DNA from: Solirubrobacteraceae bacterium
GTDB taxonomy: Bacteria; Actinomycetota; Thermoleophilia; Solirubrobacterales; Solirubrobacteraceae
NCBI GenBank assembly: GCA_039745115.1
Contig: JBCJRT010000004.1
Location: 33,368-97,367, forward strand
Reading direction: 5' to 3'
Length of the DNA stretch: 64,000 bases
Part shown: positions 33,833-42,006 of the stretch, one piece after another
How positions within the stretch are numbered: position 1 is the first letter of the stretch
Layout: each line of letters starts with the position of its first letter
The notes under the pieces: model-generated
What the model was told of the DNA's origin: nothing
What the model saw: only the letters and a program-made list of their open reading frames with translations
Databases searched by the model: none
Made by a program: the position numbers and the translations under genes

Positions 33833-36154
33833 CTACGCGCCGCTTGCGCTGCGCTCCGGCCGGCCAGCGACAGGGCTGAGGCGGACAGGAGTTGAATGCA
33901 GCGCGCGCAGCCGCACGTCGCGCCAGCTCAAACCTTCGCCGAGCAGCGACGGAATACCCAGAATCACGGCTGTCGTAACCTCAACTGCCTGCAGCACAAT
34001 GCCGTAGCCAAGCGCGTCGGCTGTGCTGACGCCGTAGGCACCGCTAAGCACTGCGACGCAGGCCGCTTGGAAAACACCAACGTTGGCCGGCGTCGCTGGC
34101 ACCAGCGCCGTGACGTTGACGGCCAGCAGGACCGCGGCAGCGGCGCCGATCCCGGTGCGGCCGTCAAGCCCAATCGCCAGCAGCAGCAGGTAACAGGCCA
34201 GCAACTGCAGCGCCCAGGCGCAAAGCTGCGCCGCCAAGGCCAGCGCCCCGGCCCTCGGCTGAAGGAAGACGCGCATCCCGCCGCGGACCTGACGGGCCGC
34301 CGCCAGCACAGGGCCAACGACGGCACGGGTGCGGCCGAACCGCTCACCGGAGCTAGCCGCCAGGACAGCCGGGACGATCAGCACTGCCGCCAGCAGCACG
34401 ACCGGGGCGAGCACAAAGAGGACCAGCGCACCGTGGCGCTGGTCGAAGATCGGCACGCTGGAGAAGGCGATCACGCCAAGGATTACCAACGCCACCACGT
34501 TCAGCAGCGTCTGCGAGACAAGCGTGCCGACAACTGCCGGCATCGTCTCGCGCGGGCGCCCGGCGCGGCGAGAGATAACGATCGCTCGCGCCGGCTCGCC
34601 AAGCCGGGCCGGAAGCGTCGCCGACATCAAGACGCCGATTGCCGTTGCGCGGAACGTGTCGAGCTGGCTGAGCACCCGGTCGGGCAGCGCGGCGTGCAGG
34701 ATCGCATGCCAGGAGACGGCGCGAAGAACCATTGAGAGGGCCATCACAGCGACCGCCGCAAGCACCCACGCCGGGCTCGACTGCAACAGGCTGGCGATCA
34801 CTCGATCGACGCCGATCTTTTCCAGCGCGACCAGTGCAAGGCCGATCGTAAGGGCCGCTGCCAGCCCGAGCGCCAAGCGGCGCGCTGCGCTGCGGATCCG
34901 GGCACGGCGCCAGCCGCCGGGCGGCTCCGGCTCGATCGTCGCCAGCCGCTGCGCCGCAACCGGCGGAAGCCCATCGGCCGTCAGCCGCTCAGCGCGGGCG
35001 CTCGCCGCCACTTGCGCAGCGTGCGCGGCGATCGCCTGCTCGTAAACATCGACCGTGGCAGCACTGATCAGCGGCCAAGCAAACTCGGCGGCGCTGTCAG
35101 CGGCGCCGCGGCTCAGCTCTGCGCGACGCTGAGGGTCGAGCGCCAGTCCACGCAGAGCCTCGGCCAGCGCCTGAGGATCGCCGTGAGCTACAAGCAATCC
35201 GTTGCAGCCATCGCTGACAACATCGCGGTAGCCGGCGATGTCGCTGGCAACGACCGGGGTTCCGGCCGCAAAGGCCTCGGTCAGGACCATGCCAAAGCTT
35301 TCGCCGCCGAGCGACGGAGCGCAGAGCACATCTGCTTCGGCCAGCAGGCGCTGCTTCTCACCGTCGTCGACCAGTCCGGCGACGGTGACGCCGCGCGGAT
35401 CGATCAGCAGCGGTGCCACATCCTGCTCGCCGGCGCCAATGATTATCAGTTCGGCGCTGCAGTGGTCGCGCAGCCCTTCGAAGGCCGCCAGCAGAACCGG
35501 CAGCCCTTTACGTTCAACGGCCTGACCGACGAAGACGAGCTTCAGCGCGCCGGCCTCGCCGCGCCGTTTGACCGGCGCGCCGCGATCGGGCAGCTCGACC
35601 CCGTTCGCGATCACGCTGTAGCGGCCCCCGTAGAAGCGCCGCGCCGTCCACGAAGCCGCCTGCGAGACCGCAATCCGAGCGTTCAGCCGCTGCATCCGCC
35701 GCCGCGCCCCGAACAGATTGCCGATCCCGTGCGACCAACGGTTAGTGGCATATGTGTGGTAGGTCGCGACGAGCGCCGTGTCGCGGCAGTTCAGCGCCAT
35801 CCAACTGACCAGCGGGACGACCGGCTCGTGGATGTGAACAACGTCAAAGTCGCCTTCAGCGAGGCTCTGGGTGAGCCGTTGAACGCCGCTCCCCAGCAGC
35901 GAGATATTCGAGACCGCGCCGTTGGCGCGGATACCGACCGTGCGGCCGAGGTCAACCATGTGGCCATCCAGTTGACGGGCCTGCGGCGCGGCGCCGGCGT
36001 GCAGACGGGTGCTGCGCTGATCGGGCGGGTCATACGGCGTCAGGATCCGCACCTCGTGGCCGGCCTCGCGATGAGCCTCGGCTAGCGCTTCAATGTGCCT
36101 CGCGACGCCACCGGGGTAGCTCCACGAGTAAGGGGAGACAATTGCGATCCGCAT
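33833..36154 (-). CDS. Fusion protein: GT4 (PimA-like) glycosyltransferase plus flippase-like (LPG-synthase-TM/UPF0104) membrane domain
   Basis: 773 aa. The N-terminal ~390 aa are GT-B/GT4 (MRIAIVSPYSWSYPGGVARHIEALA, EX7E block ESFGMVLTEAFAAGTPVVASD). The C-terminal ~370 aa have at least 8 TM helices and start like UPF0104 proteins (RRLALGLAAALTIGLALVAL...AWVLAAVAVMALSMVLRAVSWHAIL). Confidence 0.8.
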   Translation of the reverse strand: MRIAIVSPYSWSYPGGVARHIEALAEAHREAGHEVRILTPYDPPDQRSTRLHAGAAPQARQLDGHMVDLGRTVGIRANGAVSNISLLGSGVQRLTQSLAEGDFDVVHIHEPVVPLVSWMALNCRDTALVATYHTYATNRWSHGIGNLFGARRRMQRLNARIAVSQAASWTARRFYGGRYSVIANGVELPDRGAPVKRRGEAGALKLVFVGQAVERKGLPVLLAAFEGLRDHCSAELIIIGAGEQDVAPLLIDPRGVTVAGLVDDGEKQRLLAEADVLCAPSLGGESFGMVLTEAFAAGTPVVASDIAGYRDVVSDGCNGLLVAHGDPQALAEALRGLALDPQRRAELSRGAADSAAEFAWPLISAATVDVYEQAIAAHAAQVAASARAERLTADGLPPVAAQRLATIEPEPPGGWRRARIRSAARRLALGLAAALTIGLALVALEKIGVDRVIASLLQSSPAWVLAAVAVMALSMVLRAVSWHAILHAALPDRVLSQLDTFRATAIGVLMSATLPARLGEPARAIVISRRAGRPRETMPAVVGTLVSQTLLNVVALVILGVIAFSSVPIFDQRHGALVLFVLAPVVLLAAVLIVPAVLAASSGERFGRTRAVVGPVLAAARQVRGGMRVFLQPRAGALALAAQLCAWALQLLACYLLLLAIGLDGRTGIGAAAAVLLAVNVTALVPATPANVGVFQAACVAVLSGAYGVSTADALGYGIVLQAVEVTTAVILGIPSLLGEGLSWRDVRLRALHSTPVRLSPVAGRPERSASGA

Positions 36155-36166
36155 CGAGCCCCAATC

Positions 36167-38152
36167 CTAGCGCGGCGCGGGGTCGGCGAGCCGCGCGTCG
36201 CCGCGCAGATAAATAACGCCGCAAAGCGCGACAAAGGTCGCAAAGAGCAGCAGCATCGGGCCGGAATCGTTGAACAACGCGCCGAAGACGCCGACCGCGA
36301 CAGCGCCAGCCAACCCGGCCCGCCAGCCGGCGTCGCCGTTGACCGGTGCCAGCACACGCTCACGGCGAACGATTCCGAGTGCCACGGTCAGCGCCGCGAT
36401 CAGCGTCGCGACAGGCATCAAGCCACGGATCAGGCCGCGGCCGGCAAGCTCAAAGCGGCGCGCGAAGATCTCCCACCATTCGCCAGGGCCGTCGGCCCGC
36501 AGGACGGTCCGCGTGAAGTGCGAATCGCCTCCGGTCAACAGGTCGAGCGCCGCCAGCAGCAGCAGCGCGATAAGCGGCGCCAGCAGCAGCAGCGCGATCG
36601 TGCGCGCCGTCAGCCGTCCGGCCAACATCAGAACGGTCGCTACGCCAAAACCGGCGGCGACGGTCATCACGCCGCCGACGTCGGCGCCAAGCCGGGCCGA
36701 ACCAATCGCCGCTGCCAGCACCAACCCGACGCCGGCGAACACTGCCGCCGCCTGGCGTGAGCGGCCGCGGCCATACCAGAGCGCCGCAAGCCCAATCAGC
36801 GCCAGCGCCAGCAACAACGATTCAAGCTCATTGCCGATCCCATAGAAGCGCGATCCAAAGAGCGGGTTGGGGCCCAGCAGCGAGCGGATAATCAGCGGCG
36901 AGCCAAAGACCAGGTCCACCAGATAGGCACTGACGGCAACCGCCGCAGGCAGCGCCGGCGCCCTCGGCCAGGCGATCAAACGGTCGGTGACGGCGCCGAG
37001 CAGCAGCGCGCCCACCACAACAATCAGGATCTCGACCGTCATTGAGGGTGCGATTGCGGCCGTCAGCAGCAGCATCGACGGCAGCCAGAAGACGGCCAGC
37101 GCGCCGCTGCGCATCGACCAGCGCAGGCCGCGCCGGTCGGCGATCAGCGTGGCGCTGAGAGTCAGGATCAGCCAGCCGCCGAGCAGCGCCCAAAGCGCCG
37201 GGAAGCGCCGCTCGCCGACGACCTGCAGCCGCGCCTTCAGTGCCAGCAGGGCATCCGGGTCGCGCCCGGGCAGGTTTTCGATCGGCTGGCCGCTGACAAC
37301 ACCTGGGACACCGAGAGAGAGCCAGTCGAGCGTCGTTGGCAGCAGGTCGATGCCGGCGATCATTCCGTCAAGGCGGGTGGTCGACGAGGTCAGCGTGCCG
37401 GGCGCCCCGAGCCCGGCGATACCGACCGGCAGCAGCTGCGCGGCGCGCAATTGCGGCGGCGAGCGCATCACGATCAACAGCTCACGCGGCGGGCGCCCGG
37501 CGGTCAGTTTCGCCAACGCCTGATCACCAGGCCGACCACGCGGCAACGAGACAACAACCAGCGACTTTTCGGCCAGCAGGTTCTGAGCGCGCTCAGCGAC
37601 GGTCGCTGAGCTGCCAAGCGAGATCCGGGCAACACGGCCGGCGCGGTCGGCGGCGACGATCGCATCGTCAACCCCCCCGCCACCAACACCGGCATAACCA
37701 GCGCCGCCAGGCACCGACTGCGCCAGCAGCCCCGGTCGAACCGCCGCCGGAGCGTTGGCGGCGCGCCGGTTGACTTCCATCCAGCCCTGGAAGTAGCCGC
37801 CGCGCTTGTCAGCGACCAGCACCAGCTCCGGCGGCAGCTCAGGCCTGTAGGTCGAGAGCGAAACACGCGTCCCCTGTGAGATGTCGAGCAGCGCCTGCCT
37901 AGCTACGTAGCGGCCCTGCGTGGCGCTACTCAGCCCGATCGACAGCCCCTGCTGCGCGACGATCCGTTCAAACGGTGATTGCTGCGGCGCACCGCCTGGC
38001 AGCGCGCCGGGCAGCAGGACGATCAGCACGCGCGGCGCGCTGGACGCCAGCGGCGCCGCCGAGGCCTGCGCCGCCAGCGGCGAGCAGAGGAGGATTGCGA
38101 GCGCCGCAGCGAGCACTGCAAGCGGCGCCGACAACCTGTTTAGAAGAGCCAT
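36167..38152 (-). CDS. Hypothetical membrane protein: signal peptide, ~330-aa ectodomain, ~11-TM C-terminal domain
   Basis: 661 aa from ATG 38152 (MALLNRLSAPLAVLAAALAILLCSPLAAQASA). The ORF-track start at 38254 would overlap the divergent hemQ gene. The ectodomain has no motif I can name with certainty. Confidence 0.6.
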   Translation of the reverse strand: MALLNRLSAPLAVLAAALAILLCSPLAAQASAAPLASSAPRVLIVLLPGALPGGAPQQSPFERIVAQQGLSIGLSSATQGRYVARQALLDISQGTRVSLSTYRPELPPELVLVADKRGGYFQGWMEVNRRAANAPAAVRPGLLAQSVPGGAGYAGVGGGGVDDAIVAADRAGRVARISLGSSATVAERAQNLLAEKSLVVVSLPRGRPGDQALAKLTAGRPPRELLIVMRSPPQLRAAQLLPVGIAGLGAPGTLTSSTTRLDGMIAGIDLLPTTLDWLSLGVPGVVSGQPIENLPGRDPDALLALKARLQVVGERRFPALWALLGGWLILTLSATLIADRRGLRWSMRSGALAVFWLPSMLLLTAAIAPSMTVEILIVVVGALLLGAVTDRLIAWPRAPALPAAVAVSAYLVDLVFGSPLIIRSLLGPNPLFGSRFYGIGNELESLLLALALIGLAALWYGRGRSRQAAAVFAGVGLVLAAAIGSARLGADVGGVMTVAAGFGVATVLMLAGRLTARTIALLLLAPLIALLLLAALDLLTGGDSHFTRTVLRADGPGEWWEIFARRFELAGRGLIRGLMPVATLIAALTVALGIVRRERVLAPVNGDAGWRAGLAGAVAVGVFGALFNDSGPMLLLFATFVALCGVIYLRGDARLADPAPR

Positions 38153-38231
38153 CGCCACTATTCTGACCACTGGACGGGCGGCGGCCGCAAACCGTCGCCC
38201 GTTACCCTCTAGATAAGGCACCAGCCAGCTC

Positions 38232-38921
38232 ATGCGCCACTTCGTCAAATACACATTCCTTCAGGTCGATCCGTCATGGAAGCGACTCGAGCCAGCGCAA
38301 CGACTGGCCGACAAGCAGGAGTTCCTCGCGGCCTGCGAGGACTTTGGCTCCGACCACCTGTTGCAGGCCTTCTCGCTGGTCGGGATCCGCGGTGACTGCG
38401 ACCTGATGATCTCGATCGAATGCGAAAACCTTGACCGCGTTCACGAGTTTGGCGTCGTGCTCGGCCAGAGCGGCCTGATGAAGTGGTGCACGACGCCCTA
38501 CGCCTACCTTGGGATGCGCAAAGGCTCTGAGTACTCCGACGACGTCCGCTTTGCACCGCGCCCGTTCCGCGGCAAGTACGTTTTCATCTACCCGTTCGTG
38601 AAGCGCCGCGACTGGTACATGCTGCCGGCCGAGGAGCGTTGGCGCGTGATGCAGGAGCACATCAAGGTCGGCAAGGCTGCCGAGGGCGTTGACAACCACA
38701 CCAGCTACTCCTTCGGGCTTGACGATCAGGAGTTCATCGTCGCCTTCGACACCGATGATGCTGGTCTGTTCATGGATCTTGTTCACAAGCTGCGCGCAAC
38801 AGAGGCTTCCGCATACACCGAGCGCGACACGCCCAGCTTCACCTGCATGCGGACATCGGTCGAGCGGGCCTTGATCGCGCTCGACGGAGAGCCGATCTCC
38901 GCCGGCGCGCTGTCGGCATGA
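38232..38921 (+). CDS. hemQ: Coproheme decarboxylase (chlorite-dismutase-family HemQ/ChdC)
   Basis: 229 aa. YTFLQVDPSWKRL...KYVFIYPFVKRRDWYMLPAEERWRVMQEHIKVGK...SYSFGLDDQEFIVAFDTDD is the actinobacterial HemQ pattern. Confidence 0.85.
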   Translation: MRHFVKYTFLQVDPSWKRLEPAQRLADKQEFLAACEDFGSDHLLQAFSLVGIRGDCDLMISIECENLDRVHEFGVVLGQSGLMKWCTTPYAYLGMRKGSEYSDDVRFAPRPFRGKYVFIYPFVKRRDWYMLPAEERWRVMQEHIKVGKAAEGVDNHTSYSFGLDDQEFIVAFDTDDAGLFMDLVHKLRATEASAYTERDTPSFTCMRTSVERALIALDGEPISAGALSA

Positions 38922-39985
38922 ACCACATCCATCACACCCCGCCGGAGCACGACCTTTCCGAAGTGCGCGACATCACGATCGTCGGCGCCGGACCGGTCGG
39001 CCTATCGGCCGCCTTCTGGGCCGGAATGCGCGAGTCGAGCTCGAGGATTATCGATTCACTGCCGCAGGTCGGCGGCCAGCTAACGACTCTCTACCCAGAG
39101 AAGTGGATCTTCGACGTTCCCGGCCACTCGCGCATTCTTGCCAAGGACTTGGTTGAAAACCACCGCCGCCAGACGCTCGATCAGTTCGATGTGCCGGTCC
39201 ACCTTGAGATAACGGCGCAGAGCGTCAGCTGGGAGGGCGAGGGTGACAATCGCCTCGTCGTCTTACAGACCGACCGCGGCGAGCTGCGTTCACGCGCCGT
39301 GATCATCGCCGGTGGCCACGGCGCCTTCGAGCCAAAGAAGCTGCCCGGTTATGACCTTGGCCCGTGGGAAGGTCGCGGCGTCCACTACGTGGTTGGCTCG
39401 AAGCAGGAGTTTGCTGGCAAGCGCGTGCTGATCATCGGCGGCGGCGACAGCGCACTGGACTGGGTTGTGAACCTGCTCGGCACTGCCGATCACCTGTCGC
39501 TGGCGCATCGGCGCGAGGGCTTCCGTGCACACGAGGCGACGGTCAGCGAGGTCACCGCAGCGGTCGAATCGGGCGATCTCGCGCTGCACGTCCCTTTCCA
39601 GATCCGCGAGGTCATCGGCAGCGGCGCGATCGAGGCGGTCAGACTGTTCCATTCCGAAACCGACGAGGAGATCGAGATTGAGGTTGACACGATCCTGCCG
39701 CAGCTCGGTTTCAAGACAGCGCTCGGGCCGCTGAAGGACTGGGGCTTTGAGATTGAAAAGGGTGCGATCTGCGTCTCGCCCACCTGCCAAACAGCGCTCG
39801 AGCGGATCTGGGCCTGCGGCGACATAACGACCTTCGAGGGCAAACTGAAGCTGATTGCGACCGGCTACGCCGAGGCTGCCATCGCCGTCGCGCAGGCCGT
39901 CCAGGCCTTCCGCCCTGAGATGAAACTGCAGCCGAAGTATTCGACCAACACCGGCGTCCCCGGTGCAGTCACCGGCCAGCCGTAG
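38918..39985 (+). CDS. Thioredoxin-reductase-like ferredoxin-NADP+ reductase (YumC type)
   Basis: 355 aa, in an ATGA overlap with the hemQ stop. ITIVGAGPVGLSAAFWAG, VGGQLTTLYPEKWIFDVPG, VLIIGGGDSALDW, ACGDITTFEGKLKLIATG. Confidence 0.8.
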   Translation: MNHIHHTPPEHDLSEVRDITIVGAGPVGLSAAFWAGMRESSSRIIDSLPQVGGQLTTLYPEKWIFDVPGHSRILAKDLVENHRRQTLDQFDVPVHLEITAQSVSWEGEGDNRLVVLQTDRGELRSRAVIIAGGHGAFEPKKLPGYDLGPWEGRGVHYVVGSKQEFAGKRVLIIGGGDSALDWVVNLLGTADHLSLAHRREGFRAHEATVSEVTAAVESGDLALHVPFQIREVIGSGAIEAVRLFHSETDEEIEIEVDTILPQLGFKTALGPLKDWGFEIEKGAICVSPTCQTALERIWACGDITTFEGKLKLIATGYAEAAIAVAQAVQAFRPEMKLQPKYSTNTGVPGAVTGQP

Positions 39986-40619
39986 CGCTGTGAGCAGCGG
40001 CGAGGATGCAGCCGTCCGCGCCCATCTGGCGCAGAGCGACCCGGTGCTCGCCCGCCTGCTTCAACGCCACGACGTGCTGTTGGTCGAAGAAGGCGACCGT
40101 GAGCGCGAGCACTACGCGGCGCTGGTCCGCTCAATCGTCGGCCAGCAGTTGTCAAACCACGTTGTCGAGATTCTTTGGCAGCGGCTCCTGGACCGCTTTG
40201 ACGGGCGGCCGCCAACGCCACAGCAGGTGCTGGCCGACGACCCGGAAGAGCTGCGCGCTGCGGTCGGCCTGTCGCGCGCCAAGACTTCGTACCTGCGCTC
40301 ACTGGCCGAACAGGTTGATTCGGGCGCGCTGGAGCTCGACCGGATCGCCGAGCTGCCGGATGATCAGGTGATTGCCGAACTTACGCAGGTGCGTGGCATC
40401 GGCGAATGGTCGGCTCATATGTTCCTGATCTTCCAGCTGGGTCGCCCCGACGTGCTGGCCTGGGGTGATCTGGCGATCCGCAAGGGCGTGCAGCAGTCGT
40501 ACGGCCTAGAGAAGCTGCCCAACCGCGCGGCGCTCGAAACAATCGCCGAAAGCTGGCGCCCGCACCGCACAGCGGCCTGCCGCGTGATCTGGTGGTCGCT
40601 CGATAAGAGCGACGACTGA
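39963..40619 (+). CDS. HhH-GPD DNA glycosylase (AlkA-like 3-methyladenine glycosylase II)
   Basis: The HhH-GPD block is LTQVRGIGEWSAHMFLIFQLGRPDVLAWGDLAIRKGV. The start is uncertain: GTG 39963 overlaps the upstream gene by 23 nt, and GTG 39990 lies 5 nt after its stop. Confidence 0.75.
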   Translation: MQSPASRSAVSSGEDAAVRAHLAQSDPVLARLLQRHDVLLVEEGDREREHYAALVRSIVGQQLSNHVVEILWQRLLDRFDGRPPTPQQVLADDPEELRAAVGLSRAKTSYLRSLAEQVDSGALELDRIAELPDDQVIAELTQVRGIGEWSAHMFLIFQLGRPDVLAWGDLAIRKGVQQSYGLEKLPNRAALETIAESWRPHRTAACRVIWWSLDKSDD

Positions 40620-40634
40620 GCGGCTTCCCGGTCG

Positions 40635-41030
40635 CTAAAGAGCGCTGACCGGCTCGGTCTCTTCGTCCTTGATTTGGAACGAAGTACCGCAGCCGCAGGA
40701 GGCAACGACATTGGGGTTGTTGATCTGGAAGCCAGCACCCTGCAGCGATTCAACATAGTCGACCTCCGAGCCATCGACGTAAGCGAGGGCCTTCGGATCG
40801 ACAAGCAGCTTCAGGCCGCGATCCTCAAAGACGATGTCGCTATCGCGCTGCTGGTCGAAAGCCAGCTGATACTGGAAGCCGGAGCAGCCGCCACCCTTGA
40901 CACCAAGCCGCAGGCCGGAAACGGCAACGTCGGCGCTCTCCGCGTCAAGGTATTCGTGCATCTTGGCCGCGCCAAGCTCGCTGAGAACTATCCCCTTTAC
41001 GTTGAATGTGACTTCGGTGGTTGTCGTCAT
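40635..41030 (-). CDS. Iron-sulfur cluster insertion protein (IscA/ErpA/HesB family)
   Basis: 131 aa. GLRLGVKGGGCSGFQYQLAFD and C-terminal CGCGTSF. Confidence 0.85.
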   Translation of the reverse strand: MTTTTEVTFNVKGIVLSELGAAKMHEYLDAESADVAVSGLRLGVKGGGCSGFQYQLAFDQQRDSDIVFEDRGLKLLVDPKALAYVDGSEVDYVESLQGAGFQINNPNVVASCGCGTSFQIKDEETEPVSAL

Positions 41031-41066
41031 GCCACGAAGTATAGCGGTGCTCTACCCTGTCTCTTG
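41031..41066. promoter_or_regulatory. 36-nt divergent spacer with two back-to-back TANNNT boxes (leaderless candidates)
   Basis: On the minus strand, TATACT (41038-41043) ends 7 nt before the iscA-like ATG. On the plus strand, TACCCT (41053-41058) ends 8 nt before the bolA-like ATG. Neither side has an SD. Confidence 0.35.
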
Positions 41067-41291
41067 ATGCCAACGGCGACCGAAGTGAAGCAACGAATCG
41101 AAGCTGGAATCCCAGGTGCCCAGGCCGAGGTCAGCAGCGACGACGAGGTGCACTTCACGGCGCGCGTCGTCGCCAGCAACTTTGCCGGCCTTAGCTTGGT
41201 TGAGCAGCATCGGGTCGTTTACTCAATCTTTGACGAAGGTGAACTTGGCGGCAGCATCCACGCACTCGCACTGACAACGGAGACTCAATGA
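41067..41291 (+). CDS. BolA-family protein
   Basis: 74 aa from ATG 41067. HFTARVVASNFAGLSLVEQHRVVYSIF...SIHALALTTET is the BolA pattern. The longer ORF-track version is antisense to the iscA-like gene. Confidence 0.7.
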   Translation: MPTATEVKQRIEAGIPGAQAEVSSDDEVHFTARVVASNFAGLSLVEQHRVVYSIFDEGELGGSIHALALTTETQ

Positions 41292-41695
41292 CAGACCAGC
41301 CCGACAACCCACTGCGCGAGACACTCGCCGACTCAATCAGCTCAAACGAAGTGATTCTCTTCATGAAAGGAACACCAGAGCAGCCGATGTGCGGCTTCTC
41401 GGCCCGAGTCTGCGCCGCCCTGACGGCGACCGAAACCCAGTTCGCAGCGGTCGACGTGCTGGCCGACCCGCGAATCCGTCAGGAGCTCTCATCGCTGTCC
41501 AACTGGCCGACAATCCCGCAGCTGTTTGTCCGCGGCGAGCTGGTTGGCGGCGCCGACATCGTCGGCCAGATGTATCAGAGTGGCGAGCTGGCGGCCGTGC
41601 TCGGCGCGCCAGCAACAAGCACCGCCGAACCGCTGCCAGAGAGCGCCGCTCCCGGATCAGCGCCGCCGCTGCAAATCGAAAACCGTCTCGGCTGA
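41288..41695 (+). CDS. Monothiol (CGFS) glutaredoxin, Grx4/Grx5 type
   Basis: 135 aa, in an ATGA overlap with the bolA-like stop. VILFMKGTPEQPMCGFSARV...WPTIPQLFVRGELVGGADIV. Confidence 0.85.
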   Translation: MTDQPDNPLRETLADSISSNEVILFMKGTPEQPMCGFSARVCAALTATETQFAAVDVLADPRIRQELSSLSNWPTIPQLFVRGELVGGADIVGQMYQSGELAAVLGAPATSTAEPLPESAAPGSAPPLQIENRLG

Positions 41696-41700
41696 CCACG

Positions 41701-41970
41701 TTAGCCTCGACTGGGGTTGCCGGCGATAACTCCGCCGACCCTGCGCAGGTGATCGACAATCCGGCGTGAATCGCAGATCGCCTCGCCGTCAATCACCAGC
41801 AGTGGCACAGTGCGCTGGCCGCTGAGCTGCTGAACTTCGCGGCGTCCGCTCTTGCGCCACGGCACGCGCAGCTGCTCGTTTTCAATCCCCAACGCCTTTA
41901 GCTCACGCGCCACGCGGCCGCAGGCGCAGAGCTGATCGGTCGGGGCAGGGCAGCGGTAGAGCGTGACCAC
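41701..41970 (-). CDS. Small glutaredoxin/GST-N-terminal-like thioredoxin-fold protein
   Basis: 89 aa from GTG 41970. VTLYRCPAPTDQLCACGRVARELKALGIE...RTVPLLVIDGEAICDSRRIVDHL. The ORF-track extension to 42267 is antisense to degV. Confidence 0.6.
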   Translation of the reverse strand: MVTLYRCPAPTDQLCACGRVARELKALGIENEQLRVPWRKSGRREVQQLSGQRTVPLLVIDGEAICDSRRIVDHLRRVGGVIAGNPSRG

Positions 41971-42006
41971 AGGCCGAGAGTAACGCGCTTGTAATAGGCT
42001 CACCGG
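41971..42006. promoter_or_regulatory. 36-nt divergent spacer with two back-to-back TANNNT boxes (leaderless candidates)
   Basis: On the minus strand, TACTCT (41977-41982) ends 6 nt before GTG 41970. On the plus strand, TAGGCT (41995-42000) ends 6 nt before GTG 42007. Confidence 0.35.

Noticed and set aside
38153-38254. The longer start (38254) for the large membrane protein, as given in the ORF track.
   Set aside because: It would overlap the divergent hemQ start (38232) and add a non-signal-like 34-aa extension. The ATG at 38152 yields a textbook signal peptide.
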